Source: Candidatus Micrarchaeota archaeon (lineage in GTDB: Archaea > Micrarchaeota > Micrarchaeia > Micrarchaeales > Micrarchaeaceae). Taken from it: a stretch of DNA of 62,536 nt. Under the pieces are notes generated by a model. That model worked only from the letters and a program-made list of their open reading frames with translations, was not told the DNA's origin and did no database searches. The position numbers and the translations under genes were made by a program. Numbering within the stretch: the stretch's first letter is position 1; each line of letters opens with the position of its first letter. The stretch lies in assembly GCA_964604635.1 (NCBI GenBank), contig CAZRZO010000003.1, positions 1-62,536 of the forward strand, written 5' to 3'. This document shows, in pieces, positions 9,591-19,358 of this stretch.

Positions 9591-10526
9591 TTATTTATTT
9601 TCCATTCTTTCCAACTTTCTTTTAATACTCATTAATAAATCAATTATAAGTCCTGTAATTATAAATAATACTCCAATTGTTAAAAAGAGAAAAGCTGTTA
9701 AAGCTCTTCCTGCTAATGTGAATTCATTTGTTGATATAAAAGAAATAATTACTTGAATACTAAAAAAGATTCCAATAACTATAAATATAATACCTGTTCC
9801 AGCGAATAATAGCAATGGATTGTAATCTCTTGCAAATCTTATAATATGAATTCCAACACCAATACCATATAAAAATTTTGATTTTGCTAATTTTGATTTT
9901 CCTGAATCTCTTTTATAATATTTTATTTGAACTTCTTTTATTTTATAGCCTTTTTTAGCAAGTTCAATTGCAAAGAATCCAATACCTGCTCTATAAGGAT
10001 TAATGTTTTTAATATTGTCAAATGCTTTTTTTCTTATAACAAATAAACCTGTTAATACATCATGTATTTTTATTCTAAATATTATACTATAAAGAAAAGA
10101 TAATGCAGTATTTCCAAACTTTAAATAAAAGTTCATTGATTCTTTCTGTAATCCATTGAGTCTATTTCCGAGTACAAAATCTGCATCATTATTTTTAATT
10201 AATTTAATCCCTTTTTTAATACCATCCAAATCATGAGTTCCATCAGCATCAATACTTGCTAAAATGTCTCCATGTGCATATCTTAAACCTTTTATTATTG
10301 CTGCTTCCACTCCTTTTTTTTCTTGTTCTAATATTGTAACTTTTGTTTTTATTAATTTTTTTAAATATTTTTTACTACTCATATTTACTATGATTATTTC
10401 AATATTATTTCCAAGAAGTTTTCTTAAATTAATTATTATTTTGAATAATGTTTCTTCTTCAATATTTGGAATTATAATACTTATTTTATATTTTTTATTG
10501 ATATTTTTTTTCTTTTTAATATTCAT
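9591..10526 (-). CDS. family 2 glycosyltransferase (dolichyl-phosphate glycosyltransferase-like) with C-terminal TM helices
   Basis: ISIIIPNIEEE start, DADGTHD motif, and two C-terminal TM helices as in Dpm1/AglD-type enzymes. Confidence 0.7.
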   Translation of the reverse strand: MNIKKKKNINKKYKISIIIPNIEEETLFKIIINLRKLLGNNIEIIIVNMSSKKYLKKLIKTKVTILEQEKKGVEAAIIKGLRYAHGDILASIDADGTHDLDGIKKGIKLIKNNDADFVLGNRLNGLQKESMNFYLKFGNTALSFLYSIIFRIKIHDVLTGLFVIRKKAFDNIKNINPYRAGIGFFAIELAKKGYKIKEVQIKYYKRDSGKSKLAKSKFLYGIGVGIHIIRFARDYNPLLLFAGTGIIFIVIGIFFSIQVIISFISTNEFTLAGRALTAFLFLTIGVLFIITGLIIDLLMSIKRKLERMENK

Positions 10527-10552
10527 TTTATCTATTTATAATTATTTAAACT

Positions 10553-10625
10553 TGCGAGAACCGGGATTCGAACCCGAGCTGCGGCCTTGGCAAGGCCGCG
10601 TCCTACCAGACTAGACTATACTCGC
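10553..10625 (-). tRNA. tRNA-Gly (GCC)
   Basis: Folded by hand into a cloverleaf. Anticodon loop TTGCCAA, T-loop TTCGAAT, one T:T mismatch in the acceptor stem. No encoded CCA. Confidence 0.85.
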
Positions 10626-10689
10626 ATTTATTATATCTCTATTAAATTATTTTATTAATTATTGCTTTATTTATTATTAAAATAAAAAT

Positions 10690-10801
10690 TGCCACAGGTC
10701 GGATTTGAACCGACGACATCCCGGTTTCTGTCTGAAACTTTATTAAGTTTTTGTCAAAATAATTACTTCAGCCGGACGCTCTCCCACTGAGCTACTGCAG
10801 C
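10690..10801 (-). tRNA. tRNA-Phe (GAA) with ~39-nt intron at canonical 37/38 position
   Basis: Acceptor GCTGCAG/CTGTGGC, D arm TAGCTCAGTGGGAGAGC, anticodon loop CTGAAG^A. The intron contains TTTCAG, complementary to the anticodon region. T arm GTCGGTTCAAATCCGAC. Confidence 0.88.
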
Positions 10802-10910
10802 AAATAAAATTAAAAATCAAATAAAAAAGATAAATAATTTAACTTATAAAAGTATTTAATTATTCTTATTTGAAAATCATTTTAAATTTTAACATTTATA
10901 AATAATAAAT

Positions 10911-12464
10911 ATGCTGAAAAATCAAAATTATTATTCTTTAATTAATATGGAACTTGTAGAGCAAAGAGATTATCAAACAAATATAATAAATAATATTTTA
11001 GATAAAAATTCTTTAGTTGTTCTTCCAACAGGTCTTGGTAAAACAATAATAGCATTATTTGCAATTTCTAATTGTTTATTTAATAATAAAAAAGCATTGT
11101 TTTTAGCTCCAACAAGACCATTGGCAGAGCAGCATTATAATTCAGCAATAAAATTTTTAAAACTTAATAAAGATAATAAATCTGAAATAGTTTTAATAAC
11201 TGGGATGTTAAATGCATTAAAAAGATCTGAAATAGAAAATAATGCAAAATTAATTGTTGCAACACCCCAAACAATTGCAAATGATTTGAAATCAAATAAA
11301 TTTTCTTTAGATGATTTTGGATTAATTATTTTTGATGAATGCCATAAAGCTATTGGTAAATATGCTTATATTTATATTGCAAATGAAGCAAAATTAAAAA
11401 ATATACATATAATTGGTTTAACTGCGTCTCCAGGAAGTGACAAAAAAAGATTACAAAAACTTATAAATTCTTTTGAAATAAAAACTATTGAAGTAAGAAT
11501 TTCAACTGATTATGATGTTTACAAATATGTAATGGATAAAAAAATTACAATTATAAAAGTTGAGAAAACTAAACCAATAAATGAAATAACATTATTATTA
11601 AAACCAATTATTGAAGAGCATTTGTTTAAATTAAGACGATATGGTTTTTGTTATTATAAAAAATTTGAAATAATTCCAAAAGCAAGATTATTAGAAATTG
11701 GTAAGTTGATTAGTAATATAGAAGCAGAAAATTATAAATTCATTGTTCTATTTGAATATATTTATATTTTAAATTTAATACATGCTTATGATCTAGTTTC
11801 AATAGAAGGTTTATTTGCATTTTATGCTTATTTTGAGAAACTAAAAAACAAAAAACAGAAAGGTAAAGCAGTATTAAATATTTTAAATAATAAAAATATT
11901 ATAATTGCAAAAAGTATTGCAAAAAAAGCTCTTGAAAGTGGATTAGAACATAAAAAAATGTTTAAAATTCTTGAATTATTAAAAACAAAGTTTCTTAATC
12001 AAACAATAATTATTTTTGCACAATATAGATCAACAATAGCAAAGCTTGTTGAAATTTTAAATAAAAGTAATATTCCATCAAAAGCATTTGTTGGAAAAAA
12101 AGAAGGTATTACACATATAATTCAAAAAAATACAATAGATGAATTTAGAAAAGGTTCTTTCAAAGTTCTTGTTGCAACATCAATTGGTGAAGAAGGATTA
12201 GATATTCCAAGTGTTGATACTGTTATATTTTATGAACCAGTTCCAAATGAAATAAGAAATATTCAAAGAAGAGGTAGAGCTGGAAGGATTAAATCAAGTG
12301 AAATAATAATATTAGTAACAAAAGACACAAAAGATGAAATATATTTGAATGTTTCTAAATTTAAAGAAATAAAAATGCAAAAAATATTATTAGAAATAAA
12401 AAATGAATTAATGCTGAAAAGCAACTTAAATGAAGAATTTGGTCAACAAAAATTATTCAAATAA
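10911..12464 (+). CDS. Hef/FANCM-like superfamily-2 helicase (helicase part only)
   Basis: DYQ..LVVLPTGLGKT (motif I), FDECH (II), TASP (III), ATSIGEEGLDIP (V), QRRGRAGR (VI). No ERCC4 nuclease domain follows. Confidence 0.75.
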   Translation: MLKNQNYYSLINMELVEQRDYQTNIINNILDKNSLVVLPTGLGKTIIALFAISNCLFNNKKALFLAPTRPLAEQHYNSAIKFLKLNKDNKSEIVLITGMLNALKRSEIENNAKLIVATPQTIANDLKSNKFSLDDFGLIIFDECHKAIGKYAYIYIANEAKLKNIHIIGLTASPGSDKKRLQKLINSFEIKTIEVRISTDYDVYKYVMDKKITIIKVEKTKPINEITLLLKPIIEEHLFKLRRYGFCYYKKFEIIPKARLLEIGKLISNIEAENYKFIVLFEYIYILNLIHAYDLVSIEGLFAFYAYFEKLKNKKQKGKAVLNILNNKNIIIAKSIAKKALESGLEHKKMFKILELLKTKFLNQTIIIFAQYRSTIAKLVEILNKSNIPSKAFVGKKEGITHIIQKNTIDEFRKGSFKVLVATSIGEEGLDIPSVDTVIFYEPVPNEIRNIQRRGRAGRIKSSEIIILVTKDTKDEIYLNVSKFKEIKMQKILLEIKNELMLKSNLNEEFGQQKLFK

Positions 12465-12552
12465 TTTTATTTATTATTTAATAATTAAACTATAGCCTTA
12501 TATTTATTTTTTTATTTTAATAATTATTTATTTAATTAATTAATAGATTATT

Positions 12553-13935
12553 ATGATTTCAATAAATATATTATTTATTTTCTTTTCTGGACTTGTTTTT
12601 CTAGGATTTATTTTAAATTCATTATTTAGCAAAATTAAAATTGCAGGAATTTTACCATTAATGATAATTGGTTTGTTAATAGGGCCTATTTTTAAAATTA
12701 TTCCAGTAAACAAAACTAGTATAATTATGGAATTAACTCCATTAATTACTGCATTAGCATTATCTTTTATTTTATTTGATGTTGGATTAAATCTAAATTT
12801 TGAAAAATTAAAGAATGTATTATTAAATGCAACAAAATTTACTTTTATAACAGTAATAATCACTGGTTTAGCTTGTTCTGTTGCTGGTATACTTATATCT
12901 TTTTTTGTTTTTCATTGGAGTCTTATTATTTCTTTTATGTTTGGATTTGCAATAGCAGGACCTGGTACAATAATTGTTCCTATTTTAGCAAGAATAAGTA
13001 AAATTACAGAAGATTTAAAAACAATATTAATTTATGAAGCAGTTGGAACATCTATTGTTACATTAATTATACCTTTAATTCTATCTAAATTTTTATGTGC
13101 ACCAGCAACTGTGTGTAATACTACTACGAGTTTAAGTGCAATTTCAATGCTTGTATTTAATACAATTATAACTTCATCTGCATTAGCAATTGTATTAGCA
13201 TTATTCTGGTTGTTTATTCTTAATAAATTTAAAGAATACAGTAAAGAATACATGTGGATGTTAACAATGACAATAGTACTTGCTACTTATGGTATTTCTC
13301 AATCATTAGGTTTTAATGGTGTAATAACTGTATTTATTTTTGGTTTAGTATTTGCAAATATAGGAACTGGATTAGATCCAAATTCACAATTTTTCAAGTA
13401 TTTTTCATTACCTCATGATATTGCACATATAAGGAGTTATCAAAAAGAAATAGTTTTTTTTGTAAGTACTTTCTTCTTCTTGTATCTTGGTATGTTATTT
13501 GAAATTCCAAGTTCATATTCTTTAATAGGTATAATGGCAATTATTGGTGTTATTGTTTCTCTTATAATTCTTGGTGTTAGATATTTATTTACTCCTTTGT
13601 TGAAAAATTATTTATCAATAGAAAAAGAACCAAATAAAGTAGAACATAATTTTATTAATTTTGATATTGCAAGAGGTTTATCACCAGCAATAATTGCAAC
13701 AATCCCACTTTCTTTAGGTCTAAATGTTCCAGGATTTGTTGATCAAATATTCTTTATTATATTAATAACTAATATAATTTCAACACTAGGTATATTTTTT
13801 ACTTATAAAGAGGATAAGTTAAAAATTAAATCAACAGTATCTATTAATACTGATAATAATATTAAAAATAATTCAATTTCTGATTCTACGAATACTGATA
13901 ATTCAAATAATAAGGAAATAGTTAAAAAAGAATAA
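12553..13935 (+). CDS. monovalent cation:proton antiporter (Na+/H+ exchanger family)
   Basis: Polytopic, about 12 TM, with an FILFDVGLNL-type motif. The C-terminal tail is Asn/Ser-rich. Confidence 0.7.
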   Translation: MISINILFIFFSGLVFLGFILNSLFSKIKIAGILPLMIIGLLIGPIFKIIPVNKTSIIMELTPLITALALSFILFDVGLNLNFEKLKNVLLNATKFTFITVIITGLACSVAGILISFFVFHWSLIISFMFGFAIAGPGTIIVPILARISKITEDLKTILIYEAVGTSIVTLIIPLILSKFLCAPATVCNTTTSLSAISMLVFNTIITSSALAIVLALFWLFILNKFKEYSKEYMWMLTMTIVLATYGISQSLGFNGVITVFIFGLVFANIGTGLDPNSQFFKYFSLPHDIAHIRSYQKEIVFFVSTFFFLYLGMLFEIPSSYSLIGIMAIIGVIVSLIILGVRYLFTPLLKNYLSIEKEPNKVEHNFINFDIARGLSPAIIATIPLSLGLNVPGFVDQIFFIILITNIISTLGIFFTYKEDKLKIKSTVSINTDNNIKNNSISDSTNTDNSNNKEIVKKE

Positions 13936-13953
13936 AAATAAAAAAATAAATTT

Positions 13954-14346
13954 TTATTTTTGCTGTTGTTTTTTTGATTTTATTATTTTTACTTTTTTAG
14001 GAGTTAATAATAATTTTTGTTCATCAATTCTTGCAATATCTCCATCAATCTTATTAACATATTCTTTTAATGAATTTATCATATTTTTTAATGTATTTGG
14101 TCTTTTGGATAATTCAAATATATTTAAAAGAATAATATTTTTCTTTTTCAATTCATTTTCAATAAGAGCAATATCAGATTCCTGCTGTAATGCAATTGGT
14201 TTTATGTAAAAATCAGCAGGTTCATTAAGCATATCTACATTACTCATTTCTGCGGATTGCATATATTCCTCAATATCTAATTCTTTATTAACACCTAATG
14301 CTTTTCCAAGCTTATCAAATACTCTCATCTTATCACTCGTCGTCAA
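13954..14346 (-). CDS. sepF: SepF-like cell division protein (DUF552)
   Basis: 130 aa. The core IKPIALQQESDIALIENELKKKNIILLNI...DGDIARIDEQKLLLTP matches the SepF fold pattern. Confidence 0.65.
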   Translation of the reverse strand: MTTSDKMRVFDKLGKALGVNKELDIEEYMQSAEMSNVDMLNEPADFYIKPIALQQESDIALIENELKKKNIILLNIFELSKRPNTLKNMINSLKEYVNKIDGDIARIDEQKLLLTPKKVKIIKSKKQQQK

Positions 14347-14462
14347 TTTAGTTTTTTTATTATTAATTTAAATATAATTTTTTAATATTTATATTTCTAT
14401 CTATTTATTTTAATTTTCTATACTTAATTATAAAAATCAATATTTTAATACTTTTTGTAAAA

Positions 14463-15266
14463 TTAATATTTGTGGAATTTAATATTTTCATCAATAAATT
14501 CTGCAATTTTTATTAATTGATCTGGACTAAGTTTGAAGGTTTTAATATCTTTATATTCTGAATTTTCTATTATTTCTTTTGCTTGTTCTTTTGTTATATT
14601 TAATTTTTTAATTGAATCAATAAATGCATTTCTTATTTTTTTATTTTTATGCATCATTAATAATGAAATTAATTTTAATTTATGTTCATTAATATTGTTT
14701 TTGAATTCTAAATATATAATTGTTGAGTTGATTTTTGGTCTTGGGTAGAAATTATTACGATTTATTTGCTTTAAAATCTTAATTTTAAATTGTAAATAAG
14801 AAAAAACACTTAATTTAGAATATTTTTTTGAATTAGGTTTTGCAGCCATATGTTCTACAAATTCTTTTTGTAAACAAAGTACTGCACTTATTTCTAATTT
14901 TGCTAGCAATGTTAATATTTTACTTGATAAACTATAAGGGATATTTGATATCAATATATTATAATTAATAAATTCTGATTCATCTACTTTAAATATGTCA
15001 TTGTTTATTAATTTTAATTTTTTGTCTTCATCATATTTATTTTTTAATAATTCATATAATTTTTTGTCTTTTTCAATTAATATTACTTTATTTGAAAATT
15101 TAACTAATTCTTCTGTAAGAATACCCAAACCAGGTCCAATTTCAATAACATTTTTATTTTTTCCAAAACTAGCTTCAAATTCAGCAATATGTTTATTTAT
15201 TAAGAAATTTTGTCCTAATTTTTTATTTATTCGTATTTTTTTTATTATTTCTCTATAATTCGTCAT
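14463..15266 (-). CDS. rsmA: 16S rRNA (adenine-N6,N6)-dimethyltransferase KsgA/Dim1
   Basis: KKLGQNFLIN, IEIGPGLGILT and SNIPYS motifs. Confidence 0.9.
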   Translation of the reverse strand: MTNYREIIKKIRINKKLGQNFLINKHIAEFEASFGKNKNVIEIGPGLGILTEELVKFSNKVILIEKDKKLYELLKNKYDEDKKLKLINNDIFKVDESEFINYNILISNIPYSLSSKILTLLAKLEISAVLCLQKEFVEHMAAKPNSKKYSKLSVFSYLQFKIKILKQINRNNFYPRPKINSTIIYLEFKNNINEHKLKLISLLMMHKNKKIRNAFIDSIKKLNITKEQAKEIIENSEYKDIKTFKLSPDQLIKIAEFIDENIKFHKY

Positions 15267-15333
15267 TAATTACCTTTATTTATATTTATTTACATTTGTT
15301 TTTTGTCAATATTAATAAATTACTAGTTTATGT

Positions 15334-16626
15334 TTAATCAATTAATTTTAAATCAATTAATGTTTGCTTAGGATTTTTATAATATTTTTTTACGATTGCA
15401 TTTATTTCAATTATATCTGTTTTTCCAAGCTGGTTCATTCTTTCTAGTATTTTTGCACGTATATTTTCTTCATTCATTATATATTTAGCTGGAATACCGA
15501 CTATTTTTGATAACAAATCTCTGTAAGTAATACTTGGACTAATGTCTGTTTCTTGCTGTGTTTTAAAGTCATAAGAATAAAGATCTGATAATAATACTTT
15601 ATTATTTTCTATTCCAGAAATTTCTGAGATTTGGCTAATTTTTCTTACTGGTTTTCCTTTTACATAAATTTGTGAAATTATTATTAATGCATCAATAATT
15701 GGGATAATATCAATAGGAACATCCATTGGTTTATGTACTAATCTATTTATCATATCTCTTGTTGTTGATGCATGGATTGTCCCCATAACAATTTTTCCAA
15801 CATTCATTGCAGTAATCATATCATTTGCTTCCTCTCCTCTTATTTCTCCAATTATCATTGTGTCTGGTCTCATTCTCAAACTATTTTTTACAAGATCTTC
15901 TAATTTTAAAGTGTTATTAGTTTCTAAATTAACACAATTTTCTTGTGTTTTTGTATTTAATTCATATGTTTCTTCCATTGTTATTACTCTTTGTTCAGGT
16001 CTAAAAAAAGAAAACATTGCATTTAAAAGAGTTGTTTTTCCAGCAGCAGGCATTCCACCAATTAAAATATTAGCTGGTCTTACTCTAAATCCATCAATAT
16101 AAAGCCATAATCTAGCAGCAATTTTATAAGATAATTCATTTAAATTAATAAGATCAATAATACTAAAAACATGTTTTTTAAAATTTCTTATTGTTATATT
16201 ATAACCCATAGGTGATGCAATAATATTTGCTCTGCTTCCATTTGGTATATGTACATCAAGAACATTACCTTTTGCTGTTTCATTTGTTTGATATAATTTT
16301 AATTTTGCTACAAATTTATTTAATTCTTCAATTGTATTTAATTTAACATCTATTTTTCTTTCACCAGTTTTTGAATCATATACAAAAATATTTTCAGTAT
16401 TATTAATCATTATATCTTCTATATTTTCATCATCTAGCAATTTAGAAACAGGATTTAGATTATCAATATCTTCTAAAATTTCTTGTATTGTTATTTCACT
16501 AATACTTGGATCAGTGTTTTTTGCTATTATTTTAATTAATTTTAATTTCTCTTTAGTATCAATATTAATGAATTTTCCTTCTAATTCTGAAAGAATTATA
16601 TTTTCAATATATTTTATTTCCCCCAT
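15334..16626 (-). CDS. type II/IV secretion system ATPase (archaeal PilB/FlaI/VirB11-like)
   Basis: Walker A GGMPAAGKTT, Walker B/Asp box MIIGEIRGEEA, His box GTIHAS. Confidence 0.85.
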   Translation of the reverse strand: MGEIKYIENIILSELEGKFINIDTKEKLKLIKIIAKNTDPSISEITIQEILEDIDNLNPVSKLLDDENIEDIMINNTENIFVYDSKTGERKIDVKLNTIEELNKFVAKLKLYQTNETAKGNVLDVHIPNGSRANIIASPMGYNITIRNFKKHVFSIIDLINLNELSYKIAARLWLYIDGFRVRPANILIGGMPAAGKTTLLNAMFSFFRPEQRVITMEETYELNTKTQENCVNLETNNTLKLEDLVKNSLRMRPDTMIIGEIRGEEANDMITAMNVGKIVMGTIHASTTRDMINRLVHKPMDVPIDIIPIIDALIIISQIYVKGKPVRKISQISEISGIENNKVLLSDLYSYDFKTQQETDISPSITYRDLLSKIVGIPAKYIMNEENIRAKILERMNQLGKTDIIEINAIVKKYYKNPKQTLIDLKLID

Positions 16627-16836
16627 TTTACCAATATTGATTTGTTTTTATTAATAATTTTATTAATAATAAATATTTATAAATTTATAAATAAATTGAA
16701 TATCAATAAAAATAGAAATAAACAAAGTTATAAAAATATTAATACTATAAATTATTATAATATTATACTAAATTAATGTTAATCCAATTTTTTATAATAT
16801 TTTTTATTTTGTTCAATAACATATTCTTGTGATCTC

Positions 16837-17403
16837 ATGAAAATAGAGCCAATTTTTAATAATGATAAAACTTTTAGTTTTATGTTAAAAGATGCAAATA
16901 ATAGTCTTGCTAATACATTAAGACGAATTGCAATAAATAGTGTGGATGTATTTGCAATAGATACAGTTACATTTTATAAAAATTCAAGTGCAATGTTCGA
17001 TGAATTTATTGCACATAGAATAGGACTTATACCTATAATTACACCAAAAAAAGGATATAATAGAAATGATGAAATTTTATTTACATTAGAAGCAATAGGT
17101 CCAAAAATAGTATATTCTTCAGAATTGAATTCAACAGACAAAAATGTAATAGTTGCAAATCAAAATATCCCAATAATAAAACTATCTGAAAATCAAGAAA
17201 TTAGATTAGATGGAAAAGCAATAATGCAATCAGCATTAAAACACGCAAAATACCAACCAGGAATTGTTACTTATGAAGAAATTAATGGATCAACATTTAA
17301 GTTTTATATAGAAGCATTTGGTCAAATACCACCAAAACAAATTATTGAAAATGCATGCAAAAAAATAACAGAAGAATTAAAAGAACTAAAAAGTAATGTA
17401 TAA
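16837..17403 (+). CDS. rpoD: DNA-directed RNA polymerase subunit D (Rpo3)
   Basis: NSLANTLRRIAI.., DEFIAHRIGLIP motifs. Heads the conserved rpoD-L18e-L13-S9-rpoN cluster. Short (188 aa) form. Confidence 0.85.
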   Translation: MKIEPIFNNDKTFSFMLKDANNSLANTLRRIAINSVDVFAIDTVTFYKNSSAMFDEFIAHRIGLIPIITPKKGYNRNDEILFTLEAIGPKIVYSSELNSTDKNVIVANQNIPIIKLSENQEIRLDGKAIMQSALKHAKYQPGIVTYEEINGSTFKFYIEAFGQIPPKQIIENACKKITEELKELKSNV

Positions 17404-17416
17404 TATTTAAAAATAT

Positions 17417-17521
17417 GCGGGAGTGGCAGAGTTTGGTCAAATGCGCAGGACTGAGGTGCTAAAATTTGCTTAGAACTTCTGTGTCTTAGAGACTGCGTGA
17501 GTTCGAATCTCACCTCCCGCA
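17417..17521 (+). tRNA. tRNA-Leu (GAG), class II, with ~19-nt intron at 37/38
   Basis: Acceptor GCGGGAG/CTCCCGC, anticodon stem CAGGA/TTCTG, loop CTGAGG^C. The intron contains CTTAG, which pairs with the anticodon region. Long variable arm GTCTtagAGAC, T arm GTGAGTTCGAATCTCAC. Confidence 0.85.
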
Positions 17522-17537
17522 AATAATAAATAATAAA

Positions 17538-17924
17538 TTGATTAATATGAAATTAAATATTAAAAAAAAAATAATGTCAATTGAAAATCCAACTGTAAAG
17601 GAATGGTATATCACTATTGAGAAATCTATTGATAAAAAAGATAAAGAAAAAGACAATAAAACTAATATTAATTTATTAAAGTTATTAAATAAAAGAAAAC
17701 ATATAAAAGTAAATTTGTGGAAATTAAATAAATATTCAAAACAAGATGATAATTTAATTGTACCTGGTAAAGTATTAAGTGTTGGAAATATTGATCATAA
17801 AATAACAATATGTGCTATTGATTTTTCAGAACTAGCATTACAACGATTAAAAAAATCAGATTCAAATATTATTAAAATTGATCAAGCAATTAATAAAACA
17901 GGAAATATTAAAATTATTATTTAG
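17538..17924 (+). CDS. rpl18e: 50S ribosomal protein L18e
   Basis: LIVPGKVLSVGNIDHKITICAIDFSELA motif and its cluster position. The exact start is uncertain (several in-frame ATGs). Confidence 0.8.
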   Translation: MINMKLNIKKKIMSIENPTVKEWYITIEKSIDKKDKEKDNKTNINLLKLLNKRKHIKVNLWKLNKYSKQDDNLIVPGKVLSVGNIDHKITICAIDFSELALQRLKKSDSNIIKIDQAINKTGNIKIII

Positions 17925-17941
17925 ATTATTAATGTGTTAAT

Positions 17942-18400
17942 ATGCAAATATCTCAAAAAAAAGATTATGAAGTTTATGATGCTCAAAAAGAAATACTTGG
18001 CAGATTTGCAAGTATTATTGCTAAGCAATTATTAAATGGAAAAGTAGTTACAGTAATAAATGCAGAAAAAGCATTAATTAGTGGAGATAAAAAATATTTA
18101 ATTAAAAGATACAGGACAAGATTAAATTTAGTAGAAAAAGCAAATCCAGAACATTCTGCTTATTGGTCAAGACGACCTGATTTACTAGTAAAGAGAATAA
18201 TAAGAGGTATGTTACCTTATAGAAAACCTTCTGGAAAAACAGCATATAGAAATTTAAATGTTTTTATGGGTATTCCAGAAAATTTAAATACATCAAATAT
18301 TATAAAATTAAATATTAAAGATCCAAGGAAAATCTTTGTTAATACATTATCAATAAGGGAATTATCTAATTTATTAGGTTATACTAATACAAAAAATTGA
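17942..18400 (+). CDS. rpl13: 50S ribosomal protein L13
   Basis: DAQKEILGRFASIIAKQLLNGKVVTVINAEKALISG matches uL13. Cluster position fits. Confidence 0.9.
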   Translation: MQISQKKDYEVYDAQKEILGRFASIIAKQLLNGKVVTVINAEKALISGDKKYLIKRYRTRLNLVEKANPEHSAYWSRRPDLLVKRIIRGMLPYRKPSGKTAYRNLNVFMGIPENLNTSNIIKLNIKDPRKIFVNTLSIRELSNLLGYTNTKN

Positions 18401-18406
18401 TGTTTT

Positions 18407-18964
18407 ATGTCAGAAATAAAAGAAGAAGCAAAAATTGAAGAAAAAGAAAATGAACAACAACTTAAGAAAACAAAACAAGTTAGAAGGGGAAGAAAACCAT
18501 CTTCAACTAAAGCAGTATTAAATAAGGAATTGAAAGAAAAACAAAATAACAAAAAACAAGCAATTTCAATTATTGGTGTAAGTAAAAGGAAAAGAGCAAT
18601 TGCAAGAGCATATGTTTCAAGGGGTAATGGATCAATATTTATAAATAATAAAAATATTGAATTAATTGAACCAAAAGAATTGAGAAGTATTATATTAGAA
18701 CCTTTTTATGTATCCCCATCAATGAATTCAGCATTAAAGCAAGTAAATATTAAAATAAATGTATTTGGAGGTGGATTAAGTTCTCAAGCTCAAGCATCAA
18801 GAAATTCAATTGCAAAAGCATTAATTAAATTTATTAATACTACTTCAATTAAAAGTGAATTTAATAATTATAGATATATGATAGTTGACGATCCAAGAAG
18901 AGTTGAATCAAAAAAATTCAAAGGACCAAAAGCAAGAGCAAGATTCCAAACTTCTTACAGATAA
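18407..18964 (+). CDS. rps9: 30S ribosomal protein S9 with Lys-rich N-terminal extension
   Basis: GKRKRAIARAYV..GNG.I.IN, and the C-terminal DPRRVESKKFKGPKARARFQTSYR is diagnostic for uS9. Confidence 0.92.
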   Translation: MSEIKEEAKIEEKENEQQLKKTKQVRRGRKPSSTKAVLNKELKEKQNNKKQAISIIGVSKRKRAIARAYVSRGNGSIFINNKNIELIEPKELRSIILEPFYVSPSMNSALKQVNIKINVFGGGLSSQAQASRNSIAKALIKFINTTSIKSEFNNYRYMIVDDPRRVESKKFKGPKARARFQTSYR

Positions 18965-18974
18965 TTACTATATA

Positions 18975-19002
18975 TTTTTGCAGTAAATACTGTAAAAATT
19001 TT
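18975..19002 (+). terminator. hairpin plus T-tract after rps9
   Basis: TTTTTGCAGT-aaat-ACTGTAAAAA forms a 10-bp stem (one G:T pair), followed by TTTT. It starts 11 nt after the rps9 stop. Confidence 0.3.
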
Positions 19003-19065
19003 ATAAGTTAATTGATTAATGAAAAATAATAAATAATAAAAAAATGAATATAAAATGTGATTTAA

Positions 19066-19266
19066 ATGATGATGCCTATTAGATGTTTTAGTTGCGGTCA
19101 AGTAATTGCAGATAAATGGGAAGAATATGATAAGAGAGTTAATAAAAACAAAGAAGAAGCATCAAAAGTTTTAGATGAATTAGGATTTAAAAGATATTGT
19201 TGCAGACGAATGTTTCTTGGAAATACAGATCTTATTGATGAATTTATAAATCTAGGTAGAAAATAA
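19066..19266 (+). CDS. rpoN: DNA-directed RNA polymerase subunit N (Rpo10)
   Basis: MPIRCFSCGQVI...YCCRRM zinc-binding signature; 66 aa. Confidence 0.92.
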   Translation: MMMPIRCFSCGQVIADKWEEYDKRVNKNKEEASKVLDELGFKRYCCRRMFLGNTDLIDEFINLGRK

Positions 19267-19358
19267 AATAATATTTAAATTGAGTTATATATAATTATAA
19301 ACTTTTTAAAAGAAGTTTAATTAATAAAAATATATTAACTCATTAAAGGTGTATTAAT

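Noticed and set aside
10264-10614. 116-aa plus-strand ORF spanning the end of the GT2 gene and the tRNA-Gly gene
   Set aside because: It is antisense to the glycosyltransferase, and its C-terminus is simply the complement of tRNA-Gly (…REPGFEPELRPWQGRVLPD). This is an artefact.
17322-17522. 66-aa minus-strand ORF overlapping rpoD 3' end and tRNA-Leu
   Set aside because: Its N-terminal half is the reverse complement of the tRNA-Leu gene. It has no independent support.
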